From Cyanophyceae cyanobacterium (GTDB lineage Bacteria > Cyanobacteriota > Cyanobacteriia > Cyanobacteriales > JBHJGN01), in NCBI GenBank assembly GCA_050331735.1, contig JBHJGN010000001.1, forward strand, positions 1 to 64,000: a DNA stretch of 64,000 bases. Direction: 5' to 3'. The notes under the pieces were generated by a model. The model was given only the letters and a program-made list of their open reading frames with translations. It was not told where the DNA came from and searched no databases. Of the stretch, positions 40,400-50,787 are shown in pieces; position 1 is the first letter of the stretch, and each line of letters opens with the position of its first letter. The position numbers were made by a program, and so were the translations under genes.

Positions 40400-42517
40400 C
40401 TAATACCTCCGTTCTCTTTCCCCTTTCCCCTTTTCCCGTTGCGGAGCAACAGTTTCCCTGCCCCCTCCCGCAGGGACCAACGGCCTAGACGCATGCACCA
40501 ACGGCAGTAAGGGTCCGGTCTGTTCGGTGCCGTTAACTCCCAAATCGCTGTGGCACAGAAACACTCTTTCCTCGACCCGCCCAAGAACATCCTTGAGGAT
40601 ACGCTGCAAACGCTGTTGGTCCGCCTCTAGCTGCTCTTCCGATGTCCACCGATGCCCAGACCATCCCCTCAGAAACAGCGGTGCGGCAAACAACGTCGCC
40701 GCGCCGCCCTTCTCCCAAAGACTCGATGAGGCATCTAGCCAAAACTGCCAGCGGTGGGCGCTCCGCCGCGAGCGGTACTGAAAGATGGTGGCCATCATCA
40801 CCGCGCCCTGGTCGCCAAACGAACGCGTTGGGCGTGGATTGGCGGTAATGGTTCCCCGGCGCAATAGCTGCACAAACTGGGCCACCGTTGCCGTTGCCGA
40901 CTGGAAACTCGGCTCGTTCTGCCGCAGTCGGCGGTCTACCTCCCAGTAGTGCTGAGCGGTTTCCATCAGTTCGCGGAGGGCAGAGAGCTGGTCGTAGGCA
41001 CAATAGCTGCTGAGAAACCGCTCGCTGGCCTGGTTCAACAACGCGATCGCACTGGTAGGCTTCGGTAGCGCTTTGGCCCATTTTAGCCACTCCACAATCT
41101 CTTGATAAGCAGCCGTAGCGCGGTGTCCGAGGCGGTCCCAGCGCGGAAATGCTTCGACCGCTAGCAGGCGCGGCTGTTCTGGATCGACCTGGTAGCAATA
41201 ATCGGCTAGTAACCCAGCTCGAACGGGGTCTATCCTGGGTGCTAATCGTCCCGGCTCGGCATCGTTATCTTGACTCAGCATTACTAGCATTTCAGCGACT
41301 GCATCTCGATCTACTAAACGTCCTAACCCCGGATACACCAGCGATAGTAACGTCAGCAGAGCGCGAATCAGCGGCGAACTGGCCAGAGGACGCTGTTCGT
41401 TGAGCGGCTCAACGGGAATACCGTGACCAGAGAGAATTTCAATGAGGGTATAGCGAGCAATTTCGTCTAAACCAGGAGCAATAATGACAATTTCTGAGGG
41501 TTCGACGGCTCCGGTTGTCACTCCGTGGGCGATTGTCGCGGCAGTTTCGCGCAGCAGTTCGGCGCGAGAGATAGTCTGAATCGACTGCACCGAGGCTGGT
41601 AGACTGACGAGAATTGGCTCTGTGACCAAGGCAACAGCAGTTTGGGGCAAGTCATCCTTCTCTAAAGAAAGGGTTATCTGTTGACAGCGAGACGCTAAGC
41701 TCGCTAGGTACTCCGGATCGGCCCCTAAACCAAGCCGGACCTGAGAGTTGGGGTTATAGGTAAACACGCCCCAGGCTTTCTGGTCGAGCAGAAAATCAAA
41801 CAAATCTTTAGCAATGGCCGGGTAGTCATCTACATCATCAGCAAAGACGGCCCGATAGCGATGGGAAAGATGTTGCTGATAGGTCGGGTCTGGAAGGAGG
41901 TAACGCCAGTACAGTTCGTACATCAGACCGTAGGTGAGCAAGCCTCGATGCAGGCACCACTGCCGCCATGACCTCAGCAGCGCTTCCTCATCAAGAGCCA
42001 CAGCAGGTGATCGCTCTTCGTCTAGTCCCTGCTCAAGAATAGTTCCAATCTGCTCGGCCTCAATTCCGCTGGCTCCCGCTAGCTGGAAGAGATCGAGTAA
42101 GCGGCGGACCAGGCGATATTGAGGAATGTCGGTAAGCTGAAGCTGCTCTAGCGGCTCTCGCCACAGTTGCGTTGCCAGTTCCTGCTCTGTTTCAGGACGC
42201 AGCCGGACCGGGAATTGAGCTTTCAGATTCAGCTTGTTAAATAGCAGCGGCCAAAACAAAATTACTTCATCGGAAATAAATCCCAGAGGCGTTTTCGAGA
42301 TCGCTGGATAACTTCCTTCGATGGCTGTCGAGAGGCGGTCGGCTAGGTTTTGACGACACTCGTCATTGGCTGCCAGAACTAACACCGCCGCTGTCATCTG
42401 CTTCGCGGGATGTTTGCTTCTGCTCCCCTTCACCCACCGACGAAACTCCTGCACCAACCGACTGGTTTTGCCAGTGCGCGTAGCTCCGGTAATCCAAACT
42501 GATAAAAGCAGCACCAT
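40400..42517 (-). CDS. Conserved cyanobacterial P-loop protein with a degenerate UvrD/AddB-like layout
   Basis: GATRTGKT, VFADDVDD, IVIIAPGLD; C-terminal tail encoded by repeat DNA. Confidence 0.65.
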   Translation of the reverse strand: MVLLLSVWITGATRTGKTSRLVQEFRRWVKGSRSKHPAKQMTAAVLVLAANDECRQNLADRLSTAIEGSYPAISKTPLGFISDEVILFWPLLFNKLNLKAQFPVRLRPETEQELATQLWREPLEQLQLTDIPQYRLVRRLLDLFQLAGASGIEAEQIGTILEQGLDEERSPAVALDEEALLRSWRQWCLHRGLLTYGLMYELYWRYLLPDPTYQQHLSHRYRAVFADDVDDYPAIAKDLFDFLLDQKAWGVFTYNPNSQVRLGLGADPEYLASLASRCQQITLSLEKDDLPQTAVALVTEPILVSLPASVQSIQTISRAELLRETAATIAHGVTTGAVEPSEIVIIAPGLDEIARYTLIEILSGHGIPVEPLNEQRPLASSPLIRALLTLLSLVYPGLGRLVDRDAVAEMLVMLSQDNDAEPGRLAPRIDPVRAGLLADYCYQVDPEQPRLLAVEAFPRWDRLGHRATAAYQEIVEWLKWAKALPKPTSAIALLNQASERFLSSYCAYDQLSALRELMETAQHYWEVDRRLRQNEPSFQSATATVAQFVQLLRRGTITANPRPTRSFGDQGAVMMATIFQYRSRRSAHRWQFWLDASSSLWEKGGAATLFAAPLFLRGWSGHRWTSEEQLEADQQRLQRILKDVLGRVEERVFLCHSDLGVNGTEQTGPLLPLVHASRPLVPAGGGRETVAPQREKGKGERERRY

Positions 42518-42713
42518 TTCCCTTCAGTTAGTTTGATAGCATTTTTGCTACATTCAGTATGATGTTTTTGGTCGTCTTCATCACCTTAACAGCTTGTCAA
42601 GAGCAGCAAGCAGCAAATTAACTGACTCCCGGCTGTCTTCTCTTCTACAGTTAAAGCTGGGAGGTTTTCACTATCTCCAACCGACATCTATTGTTAAAAC
42701 TGTAGCAGTTTCA

Positions 42714-44063
42714 ATGATTAATGCTATTTTTCGGGTTGCTAAGCAATGGTTTTCTGATACGCCAGAAAGTTCCTTGGAGCAGGCCTATCAAGCAGCTCTC
42801 ACGGTCAAAGCTATCGAAGAACAACACTTCAACGGTCAACAAGTTTCTCAATTCCCTAACTACAGCGAAAGTGTCGCTGCTTATTTTCAAGCAGAAGTCA
42901 AGAAATATGTCAAGATAGCCCGAATTAAGCTGGCCGAGTTTCAGGCTAGTAGCTCACTCCCGCTCACTCCAACCAGCAAAACAGGAACCCGCACTGCTCT
43001 AAGAACCAACAGCTTAGAATCCTCTAGCCGGGAATATTCTGCGATTTTAGAGAAGCTAAAATTGATTGACAGCGTTATCTCGAAATATTCTCACGAAGAG
43101 ATAGCAAGCGGCACTTCTCCTCGGGCTCAGGCTGACAAGCTTGGCAAAATAGCTCAGAGTCAAGGCAAATTAAGACCCCCCAGTAGCCAAATTAGCTTGC
43201 AGAACAAAAAGATTAGTAGAGCTAAGGTTGAGCATGAAGCAAGCATGGAAACCGTTACGGATAAAACAGGAGTTCTCCCGCGCTCTTTCTTAAGAACATT
43301 TAATAGAATTAAGCAGGAAATAGATCCTAATTCAGAAGAGACAGAAGAAAAAGTTCTGAAAAAATTTAGAACCTCTAGAAACAAAACAACCGTCTCTGTC
43401 AAATTCTTTTTGCTGCTAATTATTATTCCACTGCTAACGCATCAGGTCACTAAAGCCTTTATTGTTAGTCCCATTGTTGAATACTATTTTGCTAGACACC
43501 CGCAGATCGTGTTTGTCAATCAAGACTTGCAAGAAGAAGCTTTTATCGAGCTACAGAGATTTGAAGAGGGATTGCGCTTCAAAAGCTTGCTCGGTTTAGC
43601 TCCTAATTTTACAGCAGAAAAAGCCGAGGAGCAGCTCAGAGAAAAAGCAACGGAAGTTGCCGAAAATTTCCGCCATCGAGGAGCAGATGCCGTAGAGAAT
43701 ATTTTTGCCGACATTTTTTCGCTGGCGGCCTTTGCGACAATTATTTATACAAGCAAAAAAGAAATCTTAATTGTTAAATCATTTCTGGATGAGATTATCT
43801 ACGGACTCAGTGATTCTGCCAAAGCTTTTCTAATTATTCTCTTAACGGATATGTTCGTTGGCTATCACTCTCCGCACGGCTGGGAAGTCATTCTAGAGGG
43901 CGTTAGTCGGCACTTCGGTCTCCCAGAAAACCGAGAGTTTAATTTTCTCTTTATTGCTACTTTTCCAGTTATCTTAGATACAGTATTAAAGTATTGGATC
44001 TTTCGCTACCTCAACCGGATTTCTCCGTCTGCTGTTGCTACCTACAGAAATATGAATGAGTAA
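42714..44063 (+). CDS. pxcA: Proton extrusion protein PxcA (CemA family)
   Basis: LSDSAKAFLIILLTDMFVGYHSPHGWE, FIATFPVILDT, SPSAVATYRNMNE. Confidence 0.95.
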   Translation: MINAIFRVAKQWFSDTPESSLEQAYQAALTVKAIEEQHFNGQQVSQFPNYSESVAAYFQAEVKKYVKIARIKLAEFQASSSLPLTPTSKTGTRTALRTNSLESSSREYSAILEKLKLIDSVISKYSHEEIASGTSPRAQADKLGKIAQSQGKLRPPSSQISLQNKKISRAKVEHEASMETVTDKTGVLPRSFLRTFNRIKQEIDPNSEETEEKVLKKFRTSRNKTTVSVKFFLLLIIIPLLTHQVTKAFIVSPIVEYYFARHPQIVFVNQDLQEEAFIELQRFEEGLRFKSLLGLAPNFTAEKAEEQLREKATEVAENFRHRGADAVENIFADIFSLAAFATIIYTSKKEILIVKSFLDEIIYGLSDSAKAFLIILLTDMFVGYHSPHGWEVILEGVSRHFGLPENREFNFLFIATFPVILDTVLKYWIFRYLNRISPSAVATYRNMNE

Positions 44064-44320
44064 TGGGGGTTCTTGATGCGATTGCTAGGGAAGAGAGCTT
44101 CAATCCCTTGATACATCATATTCTAAGACGGCGATCTGGCTGATTGAGTTGTGTGGCCCTCAACTAGGCCTGCTGGCCATCAACAACGAATCACCAGCGA
44201 TTTTTCGGCTCTATTCTACTCCATTTAGTAACGCCAAGAGATAAATTGTCAGTTAATTTAAACTATGCTCGATCACTCTTATAGATTGCTATAGTAGACA
44301 AGGCTTGAATAAAGATTATT

Positions 44321-44416
44321 ATGTCTCCCCACGATCTACTCCTGTTGGTTCTGTTGCTCAGTCCCGGTCTGCTGCTGTCGGTGCTGGTGATGCTGACTTT
44401 TGCCAAGGGTGGCTAG
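44321..44416 (+). CDS. Unannotated 31-aa membrane microprotein MSPHDLLLLVLLLSPGLLLSVLVMLTFAKGG
   Basis: Hand translation; ATG-TAG, single hydrophobic helix, TATAGT about 25 nt upstream. Confidence 0.65.
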   Translation: MSPHDLLLLVLLLSPGLLLSVLVMLTFAKGG

Positions 44417-44462
44417 CGCTAATAGAGAACTAGCTGATTCTGCGACCGTGTTCTGAACCCAG

Positions 44463-44810
44463 TTATGATTCTTCGCTATCGTTTTTGACATTGAGAGAGT
44501 TAGAGTCAGACAGCGTTTCTTCTAAATCCCGACGCTGTTCCATCTGCCGCAGAAAATACCCCGTCATCATCGCGGAGGCTAGCAAATTAGCGAGGTTCTC
44601 TCGATTGGTCGTGACGTGGACATTAAAATTCTCCATCGGCAGCATCCCTACGAGGCCGCGAACGTTCTGAGAAATAATTTGTTTAATTTCTGGGCTGGCC
44701 GATTGAGCCACCTGCGCTAAAATTTCTGGATGCTGTTGCTGAAGATACTGCCAAAGAGTATTACTTTGCTGTTCTGGGTCAGAATTAAAAAAATCAGCGT
44801 CAAAAAACAT
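44463..44810 (-). CDS. DUF760 family protein
   Basis: NVRGLVGMLP, RENLANLLASAMMTGYFLRQMEQR. Confidence 0.88.
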   Translation of the reverse strand: MFFDADFFNSDPEQQSNTLWQYLQQQHPEILAQVAQSASPEIKQIISQNVRGLVGMLPMENFNVHVTTNRENLANLLASAMMTGYFLRQMEQRRDLEETLSDSNSLNVKNDSEES

Positions 44811-44880
44811 GTAGATCTTCGGTGATACACAGAGATATTTCTATTTTACTGTACCGAATAGGAAGCCGAAGTCCGAAAAA

Positions 44881-45405
44881 CTAACTAACGTGAGGTTTAA
44901 TTGGGGTAGCTTCTTGAGTGGCTTGGGTATCCAGCTCAAAATACTGGTGAAACTTATCCGTTAACTCTAGCCAGTAAGAACGGCCATCAGCTTGACGGCG
45001 TTTGCGCACAAACCCAAGCTGCACTAGCTCCTGAATTTGTCCGTAGGCACTGCTCCCCCGGAGTTCAATCAAAGCCGTTTGTAGGACGGGAGATTTCAGG
45101 GCGATCGCCGCGAGCGTTCTTAGAGTACCAGTACCGAGTTCTGCTGGCACCAAATTATGCAGCAGCCCCGCAAACGGCGGACGTAACTGGAGAGCATATC
45201 CCCGAGAAGTTTCGACCACTTCTAAAGCGCTGTCTCGATGGGCATAATCTGCCATCAGCTCAATCAGGGCGGCTTCTGTGGCCGGGCGATCGCTCTGCAC
45301 GTACTGGGCAATTTCTGCTAGAGAAAGAGGCTGTCCTTTGAGGTACAGCACCGCTTCAATACGAGTAGCTAATCGCAACTTCTGCCTCCATAGACGCTCA
45401 CTCAA
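44881..45405 (-). CDS. scpB: SMC-Scp complex subunit ScpB
   Basis: IEAVLYL...PLS, TLAAIA...P, LIELRG, LTDKFHQYF. Real start may be slightly downstream. Confidence 0.9.
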   Translation of the reverse strand: MSERLWRQKLRLATRIEAVLYLKGQPLSLAEIAQYVQSDRPATEAALIELMADYAHRDSALEVVETSRGYALQLRPPFAGLLHNLVPAELGTGTLRTLAAIALKSPVLQTALIELRGSSAYGQIQELVQLGFVRKRRQADGRSYWLELTDKFHQYFELDTQATQEATPIKPHVS

Positions 45406-45583
45406 TTAAGCCTTAATTTATCAGTAGACGCTGAGCGGTGACCAGTGGCCAGACCAAGTAGCTTACTGCTCACTCTGGCATTGCTGCCCATCGTCATAAT
45501 TGCCTAGACCAAACTCGTTTAAAGACAATCCCCCATCAACAATTATCCCACCTAATCCTTACCGCTCCAGCAACCCCCTTACT

Positions 45584-46429
45584 CTAACCAAGCTGTCTGC
45601 CAGTTAACTCGACGAAAATATCTTCTAAGTTAGATTCGCGACTCATCATGCCCGTTTTATCCGGCTGGGAGTCAAGATAACGATGAGCTGCGGCGAGATC
45701 GGCAAAGAATTTGTATTCTAAACGGTCGCCTCCTTGCACGACGAGTCCCTTGCCGTAGCGAGAGCGCAGGGCTTCAGGAGTCCCCAACTCGATCAGTCGT
45801 CCCGCATTCATAATGCCAAGGCGATCGCACAAAAATTCGGCCTCTTCCATGTAGTGAGTGGTCAGTACAATGGTCATTCCTTGGCGATTAAGATCTCGAA
45901 TGATTTCCCACAGACGACGACGAGTTTGTGGATCTAAACCAACAGTAGGTTCGTCTAAAAAGAGCACCTGGGGATAATGCAGCAGCGCTCTTGCAATCTG
46001 CAAGCGGCGCTTCATCCCGCCAGAAAGAGTTTTAGCAAGGGCATCCCGGCGCTCGGTTAGCTCTACATACTCTAGCCATTGCTCAATTAACTGCTGCCGT
46101 CTCGGATGCGGAATATGGTGCATACGCCCGTGAAACTCCATGTTCTCCCACACCGAGAGGTCGCCGTCAACGCTAGTTTGCTGCAAAACAACCCCGATGT
46201 TCTGTTTAATCTTGGCTGGTTGACTAATCGGGAATCCCGCTACCTCAATCTGACCTTGAGTTGGCTTGGTCAGAGTAATCAACATCCGAATCGTGGTTGT
46301 TTTTCCGGCTCCATTAGGACCGAGTAAGCCAAACATTTCTCCAGCTTCAATTGAGAAAGACAAACCATCGACGACTGGAACCTGTTTATAGAGCTTGTAA
46401 ACGTCTTTAAGAACAACAGCGGCAACCAT
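45584..46429 (-). CDS. ABC-2 type (NodI/DrrA-like) transporter ATPase
   Basis: GPNGAGKTT, LSGGMKRRL, LDEPTVGLDPQ, LTTHYMEEA. Confidence 0.9.
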   Translation of the reverse strand: MVAAVVLKDVYKLYKQVPVVDGLSFSIEAGEMFGLLGPNGAGKTTTIRMLITLTKPTQGQIEVAGFPISQPAKIKQNIGVVLQQTSVDGDLSVWENMEFHGRMHHIPHPRRQQLIEQWLEYVELTERRDALAKTLSGGMKRRLQIARALLHYPQVLFLDEPTVGLDPQTRRRLWEIIRDLNRQGMTIVLTTHYMEEAEFLCDRLGIMNAGRLIELGTPEALRSRYGKGLVVQGGDRLEYKFFADLAAAHRYLDSQPDKTGMMSRESNLEDIFVELTGRQLG

Positions 46430-46544
46430 AGAATTAACTTTTCAGAGAAGTGTGGGGAAAGAACAAAGGGACAAGCAAGCGCTTTAAGCAAGCCTTGAGG
46501 AGCAGCTCAATCCTGAATGACCATTTATAATCTACAATCTTCTG

Positions 46545-46814
46545 CTATTCAATAATGCTCGCTTCCCAATCGCTGTCTGGATACTCAATTTCCCGGAGAG
46601 TTTTCCAACCTGAATGCCAGAGAGCCTCATCTTTAAGCTGTTTGGCATTGACCCAAAACCGCACACTGGGGTCGCAAGAGGCCACCATCTCAGCAAATAC
46701 CCACTGGCCCTGATTTTTCCGGTTGATCACCTGAAAATGACGCCAGCCCCAGGTTTTTTGTCTGGCAGTCCACTTGGAGCCGAGGAGATGAGGAAATTTG
46801 AGTTTTTTCGTCAT
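46545..46814 (-). CDS. TIGR02450-type Trp-rich protein
   Basis: KFPHLLGSKWTA...GWRHFQV...LKD...WHSGW. Start set at 46814. Confidence 0.8.
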   Translation of the reverse strand: MTKKLKFPHLLGSKWTARQKTWGWRHFQVINRKNQGQWVFAEMVASCDPSVRFWVNAKQLKDEALWHSGWKTLREIEYPDSDWEASIIE

Positions 46815-46989
46815 TTTCACTATTGCGTCGCTACTATAGGTTATGACTATCAGGAAAGCAAGATCCTCGTAAAGAGGGGCTAGGACTGCCTCAAAAGTAT
46901 TAGCAAAATTATTTTTTGCCGCCAATTCGGTCATTAATAGTGTTAATCTAATCGCAATTGTGCATACCAATCACTTCGACAGTTGTTCT

Positions 46990-48411
46990 ATGAGGTTCTT
47001 CGCTGTTTTTAGTTTATCGGCTCAGTGGCTCCCCACGGCTGGCCTTCTGCTGAGTGCTTCCTTCTTGCCGCCAACCCTAGCTCAGCCTGCCCCAGCCCTG
47101 CCCTCTCTCGGCGCAAGCGTTAATTCGGTAGAAACCGACTATACGCTAGGGGCGGGCGATCGCCTCCGCATTGATATTTTGCAGGTTGAAGAGTTCAGCG
47201 GCGAATATCTGGTATTGGTCGATGGCACCATCAGCTTACCTCTAGTTGGCAGAATTCAGGCCGAAGGACAAACAATTCCGCAGGTTTCTACGGCTGTTAG
47301 TCAGGCCTACACTCAGTACTTAAAGCGTCCCGTTGTTACCGTTAGTCTGCTGTCGCCTCGTCCTCTTAAGCTCGCTATTTCTGGAGAAGTCAATCGCCCC
47401 GGTTCCTATACGGTCGATCTTAACGAGACGGGAAAATTTCCCTCGGTAACCGATTTAATTAGGCAAGCCGGAGGATTGAGAGCTACGGCGAATATTCGTT
47501 CTGTTCAGGTGCGCCGCTTTCTAGAGGGCAGAGAACAGGTTTTAAACGTTAACCTGTGGGAGCTTCTCGAACAGGGAAATCTGGCTCAGGATGTGACTCT
47601 GCGCGATGGAGATACCGTCATCATTCCGACCCAAGACAGAATTGATGTTGCAGAAACGTTCCAGCTTGCCGATGCCAGCTTCGGTATCGCCACTAATCAG
47701 CCCGTCAACGTTGCCGTTGTCGGCGAGGTTAACCGTCCTGGGTCTTACCAGGTAACGCCCCAGCAGATCACAAGAGACACCGGACAAAGCGTTCCGCTAC
47801 CGCCTAGACTCACTCAGGCAGTTGCCCAAGCTGGAGGCATTGAACCGCTAGCTGACGTTCGTAACGTTGAGGTTCGTCGCTTAACTCGCTCTGGGGCGGT
47901 GCAAACGATTGAGGTCAATCTTTGGGAGCTGCTTCAATCAGGCAACACCTATGAAGATGTCATTCTCCAAGAGGGCGATACCATTGTGATTCCTACCGCT
48001 ACAGACCTCGACCCAGAAGAAGCCGAATCATTAGCATCAGCAAGCTTCGCTCCAGAAACAATTCAGGTCAACGTAGTCGGTGAAGTAGAAAACCCCGGCG
48101 TTGTCCAAGTTGACCCCAATACGCCCCTCAATCAGGCACTGCTCGCCGCCGGCGGATTTGACGAGCAAAGAGCCGACGAAAGTGAAGTCGAACTCATTCG
48201 CCTCAATCCAAACGGAACAGTCTCTAAACGAGAGGTAAACATCGATTTGTCTGCTGGGATCAACGAGGAAACTAACCCCACCTTACGCAATAACGACGTG
48301 GTTGTGGTAGAGCGCTCCGGATTTACTCAGGCAACGGATGTTTTAGGAAATGTCTTAAGACCCGTTGTGAATGCATTTACGCTATTTCAGCTATTTGGAG
48401 TCGATTTCTAA
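46990..48411 (+). CDS. Polysaccharide export protein (Wza/KpsD-like, SLBB repeats)
   Basis: YTLGAGDRLRI, DGTISLPLVG, repeated GEVNRPG...AGG. Confidence 0.9.
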   Translation: MRFFAVFSLSAQWLPTAGLLLSASFLPPTLAQPAPALPSLGASVNSVETDYTLGAGDRLRIDILQVEEFSGEYLVLVDGTISLPLVGRIQAEGQTIPQVSTAVSQAYTQYLKRPVVTVSLLSPRPLKLAISGEVNRPGSYTVDLNETGKFPSVTDLIRQAGGLRATANIRSVQVRRFLEGREQVLNVNLWELLEQGNLAQDVTLRDGDTVIIPTQDRIDVAETFQLADASFGIATNQPVNVAVVGEVNRPGSYQVTPQQITRDTGQSVPLPPRLTQAVAQAGGIEPLADVRNVEVRRLTRSGAVQTIEVNLWELLQSGNTYEDVILQEGDTIVIPTATDLDPEEAESLASASFAPETIQVNVVGEVENPGVVQVDPNTPLNQALLAAGGFDEQRADESEVELIRLNPNGTVSKREVNIDLSAGINEETNPTLRNNDVVVVERSGFTQATDVLGNVLRPVVNAFTLFQLFGVDF

Positions 48412-48466
48412 CGGACTAGCTAGTCTAAATGTAATGTGAGGATACTGAGGAGTGAAAGAGTGACGA

Positions 48467-50752
48467 ATGAAAAATACTCATTCTGAAGAGTTGAGACTGC
48501 CGAGCGGAAATAATGGATATCAAGCTTATCCATTTCCTCCAGCTCCCCCGGTTCGCGTCGATGAAGATGAATCTAATCTCGATCTCCGCCAGCTCTGGAC
48601 GGTGGTTCGGCATCGGATGCGCTTGTTTGCTGGGGTGGCGTTAGGCGTGACGACCGTGATTGGATTGTGGACGTTTAATCAAACGCCTAAGTACCAAGGA
48701 GATTTCGATTTGCTGATTGAGTCAGCAACCGGAGGAGAATCAAACGAATCGTTTCTGGGCTGGGGTGTGCCTCTTGTTGATTATGAAACAAAAATTGAGC
48801 TTCTCAGCAGCCCGAGCGTATTAGAACCCATTGCCGAGCAAATTGCTCAACAGTATCCAGGAACAACCTACAAAAAGATTGTTGGCGCACCGCTGAGAAT
48901 TACTCAAGTTAAAGACACCAAGATCCTACAGGTAACCTATCAAGATGAAGATCCTGAGAAAGTGGAGTACGTGCTTGAGCAGATTGCTCAGGGGTATCTA
49001 AACTATTCTCTCTCTGAACGGCAAATAGAAATTAATCAGGGAATTGAGTTTGTTGAAGAGCTGTTGCCGGGGTTGCGAGAGCGAGTAGATGGTTTGCAGG
49101 AAAGATTGCAAAAATTTCGGCAACAGTATAATCTTCTCGATCCAGAAAATCAGGCAGGAACGTTATCCAATCAGCTTATTAATTATGAATCTCAGTATTT
49201 CGAAACGCAGGTAGAGCTCGGCGAAGCCCGTTCTCGCTATCAGCTTTTACAGAACCAACTGGGTCTCGATCCTCAAGAGGCATTAGTATCTAGCTATTTG
49301 AGTGAGTCTCCCCGCTACCAAAATCTGCTCAATCAGCTTCAGGAAATAGAAATTGAGCTGGCTGAACAGTCGGCCATATTTCGCGAAGGGACACCAACCA
49401 TTGCCGCCCTTGAAGAAGAACGAGCTAATTTACTGCCTCTCCTTCAGCAGGAAGCACAAACTGTTCTAGGACAAGTTTTTAATCCAGATAACATAGAAAC
49501 CTTAGCGTCACCCAGCTCCCTGCGCCTAGAGCTGAAGCAAGACTTCATCCTCACGGCAAACGAGCTTCAAATTCTGGAGCTGCGCCGTCAAGCTTTAGAG
49601 CAAGCCACTCGTTCGCTCAATCAGCAGGTCCAGCAAATGCCGGTTTTGGCTCGCTATTACACAGATATTCAGCGAGAACTTGAAGTAGCCACAGAAAGCC
49701 TCAATCGCTTCCTCAAGGCGCGGGAAGAGCTGCAGTTTGAGGCGGCGCAAAAAGCCTTGAAATGGAAGATTATTGCGCATCCTGAAGAACCTTCTAATCC
49801 AATCTCTCCGCGCCCGGTTCAAGCCATAAGCTTTGGCATTGTTGCTGGCCTGTTGCTGGGTCTTGTTGCGGCTTACATTGCTGAACGACTCGATCCCGTT
49901 TTCCACTCCTCCGAGGAACTCAAAGACGCGATTAAACTGCCAATTCTGGCTAATATTCCCATTCAAAAGGATCTAGACGTCATTGAGCAAACCTTAGAAG
50001 GCAGCGTTCCTCAGCTACAAATTGGCGATCGCAAGCTCAACATCACTTCCCCTGCTAATGGTCATCAGAAAGAGCAGCGCTATCAGTCTTCTCCCTTCTT
50101 GGAAGCGTTTCGTTCACTCAATACTAATATTCGCTTGTTGGGGTCTGAAACTCGCAATACGTCTTTGGTGGTGAGTTCTTCAGCTCCAGCCGAGGGAAAA
50201 TCCACCGTTTCGGTTCATTTGGCTAAAGCAGCGGCGGCTATGGGTCAGCGGGTGCTCATTATCGATGCTGACCTGCGACGACCGCAGGTTCACAAGCGTC
50301 TTGGCCTTGAACAGGATGGCCCGGGGTTAAGTAACGTCATTGCTGATGGCTTAGATGTTGAAGAGGTCATTCAGCGAGTGCCGCAGACAGACAACTTGTT
50401 TGTGCTTACGGCTGGAGAAACCGCTCCCGATCCGCCTAGACTGCTCTCTTCGAGAAGAATGCATCAAATCATGGAGCATCTCCAGAAAGAAAATAATTAC
50501 GATCTCATCGTTTACGATACCCCGCCTCTGCTGGGATTCGCAGACGGTAGACTGCTCGCTCCTCGCACCAACGGGGTAGTCTTGGTCGTCAAAATGAGTA
50601 AAACCGATCGTAGTGCTCTTAAACAAACCATCGACCAGCTCAAGCTAGCGCGAGCTTCCGTCCTGGGCGTGGTTGCTAATGGAGTTAGCCGTCACGGTCA
50701 TGGCTCCTACTACTACAGTCACTACTATCGCTACTACAATAAAGAGCGGTAA
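48467..50752 (+). CDS. wzc: Polysaccharide co-polymerase / BY-kinase (Wzc-like)
   Basis: Two TMs, coiled coil, AEGKST, IDADLRRP, YDTPP, C-terminal Tyr cluster SYYYSHYYRYY. Confidence 0.9.
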   Translation: MKNTHSEELRLPSGNNGYQAYPFPPAPPVRVDEDESNLDLRQLWTVVRHRMRLFAGVALGVTTVIGLWTFNQTPKYQGDFDLLIESATGGESNESFLGWGVPLVDYETKIELLSSPSVLEPIAEQIAQQYPGTTYKKIVGAPLRITQVKDTKILQVTYQDEDPEKVEYVLEQIAQGYLNYSLSERQIEINQGIEFVEELLPGLRERVDGLQERLQKFRQQYNLLDPENQAGTLSNQLINYESQYFETQVELGEARSRYQLLQNQLGLDPQEALVSSYLSESPRYQNLLNQLQEIEIELAEQSAIFREGTPTIAALEEERANLLPLLQQEAQTVLGQVFNPDNIETLASPSSLRLELKQDFILTANELQILELRRQALEQATRSLNQQVQQMPVLARYYTDIQRELEVATESLNRFLKAREELQFEAAQKALKWKIIAHPEEPSNPISPRPVQAISFGIVAGLLLGLVAAYIAERLDPVFHSSEELKDAIKLPILANIPIQKDLDVIEQTLEGSVPQLQIGDRKLNITSPANGHQKEQRYQSSPFLEAFRSLNTNIRLLGSETRNTSLVVSSSAPAEGKSTVSVHLAKAAAAMGQRVLIIDADLRRPQVHKRLGLEQDGPGLSNVIADGLDVEEVIQRVPQTDNLFVLTAGETAPDPPRLLSSRRMHQIMEHLQKENNYDLIVYDTPPLLGFADGRLLAPRTNGVVLVVKMSKTDRSALKQTIDQLKLARASVLGVVANGVSRHGHGSYYYSHYYRYYNKER

Positions 50753-50787
50753 TCCCTTTAAGAAAGCGGCAGCATGTGGTTTTGAGC

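Noticed and set aside
45403..45498. 31-codon minus-strand ORF ending at the scpB start
   Set aside because: No RBS or recognisable motif; consistent with chance.
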